A stretch of 62,114 nt of DNA, the filler included, from Sphacelaria rigidula (Eukaryota), in assembly GCA_964200075.2 (NCBI GenBank). It is 9 parts of 9 records of this genome, joined end to end, with 100 filler letters (N's around TTAATTAATTAA, not from the genome) between each part and the next. Parts side by side here need not be neighbours in the genome. Positions count along the whole stretch, not along the records: positions 20,740 to 27,552 come from CAXNAA020017952.1; positions 27,653 to 34,465 come from CAXNAA020017953.1; positions 34,566 to 41,378 come from CAXNAA020017954.1; 6 more parts are not named here. One strand, written 5' to 3'. Below, in pieces: positions 25,047 to 37,387 of this stretch. Made by a program: the position numbers and the translations under genes. How positions within the stretch are numbered: position 1 is the stretch's first letter; each line of letters opens with the position of its first letter. The notes beneath the pieces were generated by a model. The model was given only the letters and a program-made list of their open reading frames with translations, was not told the origin of the DNA and did not search any database.

Positions 25047-27810
25047 TGAAAGTTTTTTTTATTTTATTTCAATCTGTCGTTTCTGAAATCGGGTGTGTTC
25101 GGTGTGTGTGCCTGTGATGTGGCTTGTGTGTGTTCCATGTATGTGAAAATGACGGATTTTTTTTCATTGTGATATCACCTTTCTCTGCCCTTTGATGTTT
25201 TTGCCCGCTGATGATTCGTTGTGTTCTTTCGTGGCCATAGTCTAATCGTGCAAGTCTAGGGGCGGGGGGTATTCTATCATGGTTTGTTTTCCGATCTTGC
25301 GGAGATACTGCGGGCGTAAATAGGGCGTACGGTAACTGTCATTGAGGTGTGGATGTGTGATGTTTGTACTAGGCCTGTTTCTTTGTGCGTTCTTCTTTCA
25401 TTAATCTATCTCGGCTTGCAGTTAAGCGGCCAAAGCCGTCACCAACACCATTGAGCGTTATCTCGATTCTACTCGACCTTGATGGAGTTGGCATAAGAGA
25501 AGAACATGGGATGGACTGGATGGCTGTTTCTTTTCCTCCCCCATAAGTATGGCTTCGATTCGACTTGATCTCATTTGTTCTCCCGCTCCACGAAACCACG
25601 CGAATGAGGCCGATTTTTCACCAGTCGTGATCCAGTACTGCTCTATTTCGGGTCTGCCTCGGGTACTACTGCACCTGTGCGGTGACCGTTTCCCTGTGTA
25701 CTTGCATTCGCTGTTGGAGTCGATGTCCTGCACGAATCATTTGGCGCGGTTGGGAGGGATGATCAGCTGTAAAGCGCCGGCAGGGCGCATGTGATGCCAG
25801 CAGTACGCCCCATTGAGCACAAACTTTCGATCTGACTTTCCCCCCATATTTCAAGGAGTAGCTTTTCACGAATTCTGTCAATGCTGCAGACTTTGCCCCC
25901 CCTCCCTTCCCGCCCTCTCCCCCTTACCCCCTAAATTTTCAATTGCTAACATTTGGGATCTATACTGTAGGAGAAGTTCTCGTATATGAAAAAATGTGTA
26001 GAAAATCGAAGCATTCTCGCTGGCGAAAAAGAGTGACACTAGGCTCAAGACGATTATTTTTCCATTTTGCAGTCAAACCATACCTCGGCCGAGTGTTTGA
26101 AGTCCGAAGATGTCCACTAGGGTGTCATTTTGGATCCGTGTTTCTTGCGTGCGCGTTGTTTGTACCATTTTCCCCCTTTTCCGTAAAAATGTTGTTTTTT
26201 CGAATCTTCAGCGTCAAACAAGCCGAGGAAGGACTTTGGTCGCAATGAAGTTCGAGAACGCCATGGATACCGAAGAGGGCGTGGGGGGTGACTAGTGAAA
26301 CGACTAGCTACCACCGTTAGTGTTCGATTATTTCATTCATGCTCTCTTGTGTTTGTTTTGTTTGTCGGTGATTTTGTTATTGTTGTCAGTTCTTTCACAA
26401 AAATTAGTGAACGATTATGACTAGCCGATGGCGACGATTTAGACGTCGTCGTTCTTGCCCGCAGTATTTGCTCCACCAGCATAAGTGTGCGCCCACCTTG
26501 TGTTCTTTGGGCTGCGGTCGCAAGATAGCAGAACTGAAGTAAGATACGAGGAGATCGGAGGGAAAGCCGACGCAGTGACGAAGAGAGACGGAGGCAAACG
26601 AGCGAGGGCATCTAGCGAGGGCCCCCACTCCTTTATTTTTACCCTTTGATCACTGTATGTTTTCGCGGAAACGTTTCGGGAGAAATGTGCAAGTAGTGTA
26701 GTTATGCCAGTACGACGGGGTTTTGGTAATCGGGAAGGGAGGGTATATGATTACAATACACCCAAGTTGAGGTGGTGATGGAAGTAGGTTAGGAAAGCGG
26801 CGAGTGCGGAGTGGCGACGTGCGAAGGGGAAAGGGGAAAGAAGCGCGTGCTTTTTGCTGTACTCACGCTTTGTTCGGGGCTTACTGGACAGCACGCTGCA
26901 TGCGCGCGCCATATGGTCGCAATATCCGTCTCCGGTCCTGCCGACGTCCCTCTTTCTTTTATCAGGGTGGAAACACATTTGTCGCATGTACCATATTTAT
27001 ATATCACGGCGGGGGTAGGGGTAGGTACAATGGTTTAATGTCGTGTGTCGGTGTCTGTGTCTTCTGTGTTTTGAGTTGTGCCAAAGTCTTGTGTTCAGTG
27101 TATGAAATGATCCCCCCAATAATTGACACGTATTACAGGGGGGACTGCGCCTGGCTCTTTTGTATTTGTTTCCATTTTATCGTGCCTTGTTTTTCCCGCG
27201 TTCACCGACGGGTCTGAGGAAATCGGCGTGTAAAGAATGGGTTGACGTGAAGGCCTTCGGGAAGGCGTCGGGGGAGGATAGATGCTTCAAGGTACGATAC
27301 GCATTATTATACTACTATCTACTACTTCGTGTCAACTATGGCTTAGCTGTTCGAATTCTAGAAGACGCGGCGTCTACCTACTGTTGTGGATGCTTAACAA
27401 GCGGATGCTCAGCAACGGCATACAACAGTGTTTTCGTGAGATTGAGAGTAGATGATACGATTGAGAGTGAAAAGCGGTCAAAACAGCCGATCATCCATGT
27501 TGAGGATGGTGCTTTTCATTGAGGATGAGAACCCGGAGGATTCAAATCTTCGNNNNNNNNNNNNNNNNNNNNNNNNNNNNNNNNNNNNNNNNNNNNTTAA
27601 TTAATTAANNNNNNNNNNNNNNNNNNNNNNNNNNNNNNNNNNNNNNNNNNNNGATTTTAATCCTCCGGGTTCTCATCCTCAATCAAAAGCACCATCCTCA
27701 ACATAGATGATTGGCTGTTAATTCCCCAAAATTGGTTTTTCACGTAGGACCCCAACATTTCGGTAATCGAAATCCAAATTTCTATTGCGTGTAGCAGTTG
27801 TCAAAAGCTA

Positions 27811-28103
27811 CACGGGTGGTCACTGGGGTCTGCAACCTAGCCATTTTGGGACCTTATCCACCTTTGGTAAGGTCCGCGGATTGGGTAGACAACTGAAGAG
27901 CATTCGCACAGCATGGACAAGATCGAAACAAAACATGTCCCAGTCTATAGGCGGGTGACTCCCCTGTAAACTGGAACATGCTTTGATTCGAACCTGTCCA
28001 TGCTGTGCGAATGCTCTTCAGTTGTCCACGTAATCCGTGGACCTTACCAAATGTGGATAAGGTCCCAAAATGGCCAGGTTACAGACCCCAGTGGCCACCC
28101 GTT
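27811..28103. mobile_element. Hairpin MITE with TA target-site duplication (Tc1/mariner type), nested in another MITE
   Basis: Near-perfect palindrome cacgggtggtcactggggtctg...cagaccccagtggccacccgtt, flanked by TA on both sides. It interrupts the host motif (agcta/tcagtaggtgaa) that is uninterrupted at about 7549-7565. Confidence 0.88.
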
Positions 28104-28254
28104 TATCAGTAGGTGAATGGATGAAACCATATTTCGAAGATTTGGTGTGGATACGAAGAGTTTAATTCTTCGGGTTTCTCATCCCCAATAATAGAAGATC
28201 CATCCCCAATTTGTAAGATCCCGTGTTTTCAGCAGTCTCTGATGTACGATTCTA

Positions 28255-29870
28255 TCACAGTTTTTGGTGAGAAGATCCGCTAATTGTTCCGAAGATCTTA
28301 CATAGTTTATCCTTGGTTGTCCGGCTCGAATCATATCTTTTTAAATTAAAGAATCGTATCACCGGGTGTTTCGAGCTGGTGCTGAAGTTGACGTTTGAAG
28401 ACAGATGAAGTGCGCCTTGTGAATCCGAGTAGATAGTCGCGGGCTCAATAGATGACCATCCAAGCTCTCGTATCAGATTGAAGAGGTACGTTCCGAATTT
28501 GCCGCATTTCGAAAGTGCAATTGATTCGGCTTCTTCTGTCGTTGAAGTGGACGTTATACGTTGTAAGCTCGAAGTAAAATGAACTAGCCCGTTAGACAAA
28601 AAAATAATGTCCCCGTTATTGATCGCATTTCCCCCTGAAGTCCGGCATTACCATAGCTAGCATCACAAAATCCCTTTAAAACCAAATTCTTATTGGAGGT
28701 TGAATACGTTGGCGGAAGATCGGGTTTCGCCTTCAGTTACCGAAATATCCGTTTAACTGCTACTAAGTTTTGGCGACTCGGGCTGCTCATGTGACGTGCT
28801 ACCTGGGAGACACTAAATGCGATGTCGAATCTTGTGCTTTAAGCCAGGAAGATGAGACTCCCAACCATCGCTTGGCACTTAGTTTTCTCTGACGGTTCCA
28901 GGAAAGTATCTTCGGGCGCGTCGTCGATGAGTTGAGTTGGTGTTCCCGGTGTATGAACTGGATTGGATGACTCCATGCCGAATTTCTTGAGCATTGATTC
29001 TACGTACCTATGCTGTGACAACTTGAGAGTTCCTCGCACTTTATCCCTGATGACCTCTATACCAAGAATAAGAGAAACTGGCCCTAGCTCGGAGATGGAG
29101 AATCTTGACTTCAGCGCATCCTGAACCTGTCGCAGTATAGTGATTGACGGTCCTGTCATCAAGACATCATTTACATACAGAGTAAGCATCAGATATCCCT
29201 CATGGGATCCTTTCGTGTAGACACATGGGTCACTTGCTGTGGCTGAAAAACCCATTTTCCGTAAGGACGTATCCATTGTAACGTTCCACACGTTTGGACT
29301 CTGACGTAGTCCGTAGAGCGCGCGCTTAAGACGCACTTGTGGTCCTCCTGTCGCTGGGTCGGACGTCTCGAAGCCAGGCGGTTGTCTACAGAATACTGTT
29401 TCCTGTAGCTTGCCGTTCAAGAAAGCAGTTTGTACGTCGAGGGCTAAAATAGGCCAATTTCTCGCAGTAGCAGTTGTCAGTAACAATCGCTGACTTTCTA
29501 ACCTGCAAACTGGAGCGAAAGTACTCCGACAGTCCAGTCCATGCCTCTGAGACCAACCTTGAACCACCAACCGGGCTTTAAAACGCCCGTCGGCTTTGAC
29601 CTTGAAGACCCACCTTGTACCGATGATGTTGTTGCTGCTGGGAATAGAGCTTGCCGGGATGATATCGGCTACATCATGATTCTTGATACTTTGAAGTTCG
29701 TCCAGCATGGCTGCTTTCCATTTTTTCGAGTATGGTGAGCTCGATGCTTGTCGATAGTTAGTGGGTACTGTAATTGACCCGGGTGGTGCAACCCGTTCAA
29801 CTCCATCAGTACTTATGTACTGACATACCATTTCCAGTGTTGCTGCAGCATGTTGACCCCCAGAACACAT
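28255..29870 (-). mobile_element. Decayed Ty1/copia pol fragment (reverse transcriptase and RNase H)
   Basis: Motifs RWVFKVKADGRFKARLVVQG, LDVQTAFLNG, LKRALYGLRQSP, SDPCVY, LYVND (YVDD mutated), then TRFDIAFSV, GFCDASY, STTEEAE, IYSDSQGA and QLADLLTK. Contains in-frame stops (e.g. 28839) and a frameshift. Confidence 0.95.
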
Positions 29871-29984
29871 GAAAGCTAACCCTAACCATAGGGATATTTA
29901 AATTCCGATGCGGTCCTCTAAGCACGCGGTCCTCTCACGCATTACAGTTGGGACCACCGGCTGAACGCAACCTCCTTACCGCGT

Positions 29985-30915
29985 GTTTGGGTTAGCGATA
30001 CGCACTTCAAGAATCGAGGTGCAACACCAATTTGCTGTTGCGTATACCCTTGGTCGAATGGTCCTTATGAACGCATGGCGAAATAAGTTATTTGTGCGTT
30101 GCGGTCCATTTTGTCGGAACAGAGACGGCCGGTGTCTGGATGGGTTGATCTTTTGCCAGCCGCTCAGTGGGCATCGAACACTTCTTTTCGTGAACGCTAT
30201 CACAACACTCTGTATGGTGTGATGTTTGGGCATGCGCCGCGTACAGCGTTTTCCACGCTGGCTCCTGTCACTGGCGGCGAATGGAACGTCGATGTCATGG
30301 ATGCTGATTCGTTGCGTGACAAGGTTCGACGCGTGGTTGACGAGCAAGTGTGCTTTTCAACGAAGTGCAAGCTGCTGCTGTCGCGGTGTCTCGCGAAACC
30401 AAACGCAAGCTTGCTCAAGGCCAGGCTGTGTTCCCCAAGTTTGCAGTTGGAGATTTCGTCTTCTACGCCCGTGTTCGTAGGCAAGGTGTGACGCCAAAGT
30501 CGATGTCCACGTGGACAGGTCCGTGGCGAGTGATCGGAGTCGATCACGCTCACGTGTATTTGGTGCACAACATTGTTTCTGGCGCCGTGCACTCGGCCCA
30601 TGTCGCTCGTTTACGTTTCTATGCTGACTCGAAGTTGCACATCACTGCGGAACCAAAATGTGCATTTCAGCATTGGTATATGCTCAAGGTGAATGTCGGA
30701 TGAATGCTTTGGTGCAAGTCGCTGAGGATGACAACATCGGTGATGTCATTGTTTTGGTCGATTGGGAAGGGTTTGGTGCTGAAGAATGTACGTGGGAGTC
30801 TCTTCGCAAGATTCATTCCTCTGCGCCTAGATTTGTTGTGAAGAAACTGCGTAAGATGCGGTTGACCCGGGCGCTGACCAGTAAAATAGCGTCGGAGTAT
30901 GATAATTCTTTGTGA
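29985..30915 (+). mobile_element. Decayed Ty3/gypsy pol 3' end (integrase C-terminus and chromodomain)
   Basis: Frameshifted pieces: WSNG..ERM, WVDLLPAAQWASNT..MFGHAPRT, FAVGDFVF..STWTGPWRV..HVARLRFY, and the chromodomain-like VLVDWEGFGAEECTWE. Confidence 0.88.
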
Positions 30916-33070
30916 TCTGGCGCATGCGATAACCGCTTTGGTTTTTGTTGGTTTTCAAGCTCGTTCGTTTGTCTTGAACTCGCTTTGAGGGTGCTGTAGC
31001 CAAATGATACCAAGCCGTGGGTTTCAGTATAATCGCATGCATGATTGGAGCAGTGGCAGGGGACAGGGGATCCTGGATTGATGGCCCTTATCTGTGTGGC
31101 CCCTTGCCGTCTGGCTCTTGATGTGGTCTATTGAGGATCACTCCATGATAATAACAAGTGAGAAGAAAGGACTAGGCGAGCACGAGGCCAGTGATACTGG
31201 AGGAGTCCCTCGTTGAAAGTCCTCTTGTCCAGATCGTCTGGTAGAGGCTACAGGCGTCACCGCATATCATGTATCTTTCCACGGTTCAGTACTGCATTTC
31301 TCACTTTTGAAGCGTTACTTTGTGGATTTCTCCGCCGTCTTCACACCATCTGTCTTCAAACTTGGCACAGAGGTACAGCACAACACAGACATCATATTAT
31401 CCGCTGTTCGGCGGCACGTGAACGCCAGTGCGGATTGAACACAGAGCGAACACGGATCGTGGGTTATACCGTCCATAAGCCCTGAAAACGGCGTCTCTGC
31501 AGCCCAGACAGCGTGAGACATTGCTAGATGCATGTGATGACACGCTGGTGCGCCCATATCCACGTTATGACCTAGTATGCAGCTTCTGCGCCGTCAAACA
31601 AACATCGATCTGAACTGGCACATATTCTGGGTCATGACCTGTGCGGTACACATTTCCCCATTGTCTGCAGAGGTGCTCAATAAAGGAGGCGGGGTCATGC
31701 ATGCGTCGTCAGCACTTTTACGCGCTGAAACTTCGCCCGAATGTCATGTAGACCATAGGCAACAACCTCATGTTGCTGAATCCGGGGTTGCGTTGTGGGT
31801 GCGTACGTATCGGGGCGTCGGATTCTGTTCCGAATCGTGATTTTTTCTTCTTTCGGCGCAACACTGAGAAGCAGCTGCAGATTCTCGTCTTTTCCCTGGA
31901 CCTTGCCTGGACTCACGACTTTCAGCAGATCTAGCGATTTTTGTCTGTCTGTTTGTTTGTTTGTTTTTTTCTCTTCTTTCCCCGTTGAACTCGGGGGAGA
32001 TACTGCTCATCGGTTTTCGTGGCCTGTCTCTTCTAATTTTTATTTTTGGTAATAATATGTCTTGTAAGGAATAATAGTAGGGACGGTATTGGAAGGCGAG
32101 CCTACGTCTGTGACCACGGGTTCGCGAGATTGGATCAATGTGCTCATATAAGAAATAATAATAAAATTACATTATTATCTTTTTTTTGCTGAAATTTCAA
32201 ATCCTCATAACTTTTCAGTGATTTTCTTTGCTGCTTTCGTCATACTGCATTCTGCATGTTTACCATAATAAGGTGCGGTCAAAATCTCAGCGCCCAACTC
32301 TTAATTTTACGCTGTGCGTCGCCTGAGCGAGAAAAATACCCACTGTTGGCTGGCCCAGCTCGTAGGCTGTAGCCGAACTGGGGTGAACTCTGCTGCTCAA
32401 CGGTCTACATGGCCGTTTCAAATGGAACTTGCGCCTTCGGAGAAAATCTCACTAAAAGGCCTCCATATCTATTATCGAAAAGGAACAAACACTACAATAC
32501 AGACACGACGGCATGAAGCACATGTATGTGCGTGTGGGGACCTGACGACGATAGCCGATATATGCGTTGACATTTTACCTCTATATGAGAACCGCCTTCG
32601 TACCCATGATACCCTTCGTGCATCAAGGCGGCACAGTCAAGGCGCGATATCCAATTTGGAGGGACGCAGTCGCCTCCGTTCGCCTTCACACTTCCCTCGC
32701 GGGAACAAGGTGAGTTTTTCCGCTGGAGGAGTTCATATTGTAGAGTACAGCAGGTTGTGGTCGGCCTTGGCATCCCCCCATATTTTCTGGCCCAAATGTG
32801 TTGTCATCCCATCTATTCTGGACGCCATGCAGTCTACACCTGACCTTTCGGTACATGTGGGCGTATCAGCCGCGGTCACACAGGAAGAATGCCAACACAC
32901 ATGCACAGCAGTTTTTTTTGTCATCTTGTTTGCGCTTACCTTATTTTTATCGCGAAATGAGTTTAGCGGCCTTTTTCCCCCCTCGTCGACAGTGAAGTCA
33001 ATTTTGTCCACGACAACGCCGCTCTCCACTTCTGTTGGGCATGGTGTGAGAAAAAACCAAATCGTGTGAC

Positions 33071-33140
33071 GACACCGAAATTCGAACCCACAACTCAACC
33101 GTCAGAAGGTTTCGAGGATATCAACCGAGCCGCCAGCGCG
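33071..33140 (-). mobile_element. tRNA-derived SINE head, same family as 6750-6813
   Basis: The minus strand reads cgcgctggcggctcggttgatatcctcgaaaccttctgacggttgagttgtgggttcgaattt, with B-box GGTTCGAAT. Confidence 0.6.
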
Positions 33141-34300
33141 ACCAGCAGTCATGTAGCTTTAGTCTCGTAGAGGTGCAGTTATTACGGATTGTTTGAACCG
33201 CCCCTTGTTGCAGTGTAAAAGGACCCATGACGAGGGGGATTTTCCCCTTTTCAAAATCCCCTTTTTGAAAGATCATCCCTGATTGCTGCGATACCACCCT
33301 CCCCCGAAAAAAATCCCCGAAACATCCAGAGGAATCCCCTCTTTAGCGGGGATTCCAGGAAATGCAAAGACACGCCCTCCAGAAATTCCCCACCACTATT
33401 CCAAAGGGGATTCCCAGACACCTCCAAGGAGAACATACATGTCCGGTTGACAGGGGCACATGCAAAGGCTTGCCACACAATAACCCAACACAATCAGAGC
33501 TGAACGTCCTGAGGAACTTGGTCGCCCCGCAAATCAAAAGCACACAGCTCGAGCCGTGGCTGCTCATCAGCTGTGCACGTTGTGCGTGACCTTGCTCAAA
33601 TCTGTTCAGAAATCATGGATAATAGATGAGCTGTGTGAGACGCGTGCACAGCACACGCTTACACAACAGTCAGCAACGAAGGCGACCTAAAGTTTGGCAG
33701 ACCTAAAATCGACGCCGCAGGCGCCGATTACGACAAAAACACGTTCTGGACGACCTGGGTGCCGTGCTTGTTACCTGCCCCAAACCATATTTTTCTCAGA
33801 ACTTTCTCGACTCTATGATCAAGTAGTTATGCTATCAACGATTAATATACGAGCAAAGGCTTCGGTCTGCAGGCGGAGGATGCAGGGTCTACAGGTTTTC
33901 GGTTGTCCTTGACACGCACGCGGCCGCCATTCGTCCAATACATAACGGATTTTCGTCAAACAAGGACGTCCGTGTGTAGATTAGTAAGGGCTAGCGGTGA
34001 AACTAATGCGCGTGAATGATGGGTGTCTGTGCGTGTTTTTTCGGGTCTGGGTGTGTAGGTGTTGTATCGCCTTGTTGCGTCTTGTCTGTAGCATTATACA
34101 GACCTTACAACTAGAGCCTGGTATAGATATACCCTTGGCCTGTATATACCCCCCTATACTATATGATATTTCATATACCTTCATGTTTTTTCGGAGGATA
34201 TATGATATGAAATGATATTTTTCATGACTTTGTATCATATACCCTATATGGAGCTTTTTCAGCAAAATGTGACTAGAAGGATATATGATATATGGTATAT

Positions 34301-34366
34301 GATATATAGGCCTATATCGGGTGATATATAGGCCTATATCGGGTGATACATAGGCCTATATCAGAT
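34301..34366. repeat. Three copies of a 22-bp unit containing a palindrome
   Basis: gatatataggcctatatcgggt repeated three times, the third with substitutions. Core palindrome atataggcctatat. Confidence 0.8.
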
Positions 34367-34576
34367 GATACTGGACAATTTGATGCCTATATCAAACAGC
34401 GAATAATCTATGTTGAGGATGGTACTTTTTGTTGAGGATGAAACACAGGCGGAATAACTGCGCGCNNNNNNNNNNNNNNNNNNNNNNNNNNNNNNNNNNN
34501 NNNNNNNNNTTAATTAATTAANNNNNNNNNNNNNNNNNNNNNNNNNNNNNNNNNNNNNNNNNNNNGGGCGGGCCGT

Positions 34577-34608
<32 letters not shown>

Positions 34609-37387
34609 GCTCGAGGAGGAGGGTTGGTACTGTCATTCCACCTATCTTGATCCGAAAACACGGGTTTACTGCAATGAGAAGCTTAAATTTAGCGCATCCT
34701 GGGCGATGGGCAATCAATAGCCGTAATAGACTTGAAGTGGACTTGGTAAAGTATCGAGCGAAAAATCTATTCCACTGTGTTTGGATGAACTTTAGAATAC
34801 CGGAGTCATGCGATTGTTCACCGGAACGTTAGTATTCTAATATATTTATGGCAAGGCGCTCCAAAATACCCTGTGTTTTTTTGGTAGCGGTACAATAATT
34901 TCAAGCCACGAATTCCGGGGTGGTGGGAATATTAACCGGCTTTTGATGCGCTGTGAGTATAATATATACATTTGTGTATTACATATACTAGGAGGTTGTC
35001 ACGCTACCCCAGGGGAGTTTCGCATCGCTCCTACTCTTGGCAACAAACAAGCCGTATAATGACTGTGCCGTACTGAGGTTTTGCGTCATGTCCCCCACCA
35101 TTTTTTTGCGTCGGCTTTTGCTTCTTAGCGCTTTCGAAGCAAGATGTGTTTTTGGGCGGGTGGGTGGATCATGTATTTTTCTTTGTAAATCGGAAACTGT
35201 TTTGAAGTGACCACCACTTATGATAGCAGCACTAACCAATGAGGATACAATCAAATCGTACCCGCCGGTTGCTCTCTGGATTGAAGAGAAATAATTTTTT
35301 TTCATACTTGTACCGAAGGAGTAGTGTGATGTTTTCGTGATCTTTAGACCGACTTTCACGCCCGTCACCAATCTCGATTTTTTAGCAGATCGGGGGACCG
35401 AAAATCGGGGTGTCACGATCTCAGAACGATTATCCCCGATTTTCGCGAAAAATATGGGGAAAGCTGAGGTCCCCCCGATTTTGAGGAAAGTGACGTACGT
35501 ACATCGACGAACGATGATAGGGCAAGAGGCGTTTGATATTTTTGCAACCGCAGCAGAAGACAGACTCGTGACAGCGCAGGGCGTGCCTACCCGCGCCAGC
35601 TGCTGAAGCAGCTTCGCACGGGGTTTGACAAGCGGATAATAAGTGTTGACGCCATACCCTGCGGCGATGGTAATATTTTATGCTGCACTGCGCTGCCATA
35701 TGTATCACCACAACGAACGGTACTGTACTATCCTAGTCTGTTAACGCTGTACTTGCAGGGTAATGTATGGCACTGCACTACTGAACTCTTCTCGCGCAGG
35801 GATTGTTCACTGTTCTCGCAATACCGGCTGTTTCATAATGTATCACCACATGACATGATCATGTACTGTGATGATGGAGTGTCCTGCACTGTATTACCCT
35901 AGGGTACCACTGTACAACACTGTACTCGAAGGATTCAAGGGTCGGACAAATAATGAGTCGTCTAGAAATTACTTGGTTTTAGTATAACTGATTCGACTCG
36001 TACGAATCAATCCCTAGGCTTTGTTTTCAGCGTTACAACCCAGGTACACGCAGCCCAGACACGTGGAATGGCGCTAAAGTTGCGTGGATACCCCTTTCGG
36101 TCAACTTTTATCTCCCTATTGGGCAGTCAGGCCGAAGAAATCGTGGATTTGGCGATTCTTAGTCGTGATGATTCGTCCTAACCGTGGAAGGATCATTCAC
36201 CGCCTGCCTGCTCTTCGGCTTCACGAGTACGCGATACTACACTTATGCATAAATGACTTGTTTTGTGTACAGAACTATTTCACAAATCTGTAAGACTAGA
36301 AAACGATCCTCACGGATCTGAGTTTTGTCAAGATGATTCCCCTTGATCTTGAAGAAGTTGGTTCCTCCACAGAATCGAGATTCGTTCCCACAAAAGTCGG
36401 TCTTACCGGGAGAATTCACGAAGGTTAACTGAGGCACACGGAAATCAGAACATTTTCCTCATGGATGATGACCTGTTCTGTCGTACCGCACGTATCCTCG
36501 AAGTTTTTTCGGTCCAGCTCAGCTCAGTTTGGTTCAGTTCAATCAGCTAGCTCCCTGATACTAGATGTGGGGTTGTCCGATTTTTTCTAAGGACATCAAT
36601 GAGAACCCATGAAAAAAGTACACTCTGTCAACCTCACATATTTAAACCTACCAGTACCGAGCACTACACGTACAGCAAGACATGGGATGTCTAAGGCGTC
36701 GACTTCACATTGCAGAAGCACCACTCCACGTATTAATAGTATAACTGTGGATGTGTCAAATCAAAGACGTTGATGAATCTGTATAATGCTCATATTTTGA
36801 AAAGCTCTGAAAAGAACCACCATGAAACTAGGCTTCAGCTTCGTGAGCCCTTTTTTTTCAAATTAAGCTCCGTTCTTTTTATAGGTTTTCCCCCCTTGTT
36901 TTTTGTCCATTTTATGCTTTTTTTATACTGTACAATTTACAATGGGCCCCATCGCACAACTGTTGTATAAAATCTTGATTACATTTTTCAATTTAACATA
37001 GTATCAAATATTTGAAATACACAGGGAAAAGTCTTCCAGTTCAGACCCGCAACCATGGCAATTTGGAGTATTGAGTACTGAAGCCTGTCGGGTGACGAGT
37101 GACGAGTGACGAGTCATGAGTCACGTCATAGGCCATAGGGGGCACTTTCAGGCTATGAAGCAGCTGATACAGTGGCTGCAGGAGGCGCAAGAACAAATAT
37201 CGCAATTTTATGCCCTTTTGGAGCGCATGACAGGTAAAAGTTTTTCAAACATTTTAAGCTCTTATCAAGCTTTTTGAAAAAAAATATTATTCAAGCCCGA
37301 AAACCCCATATTAAGCTGAACCTTCAGCGCGCTTATGGAGCTGAAGCCTACATGAAACACCACATACGAATACACTCACATGAACAG

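Noticed and set aside
27481-27720. Inverted repeat spanning the spacer at 27553-27652
   Set aside because: Two independent contigs each end in the same repeat family, so this is not a real hairpin.
32314-33069. 251-aa ORF, and the similar 218-aa ORF at 21687-22343
   Set aside because: No motifs, non-ATG starts and non-coding-like composition. The 251-aa ORF also overlaps repeat sequence. Both are likely chance ORFs.
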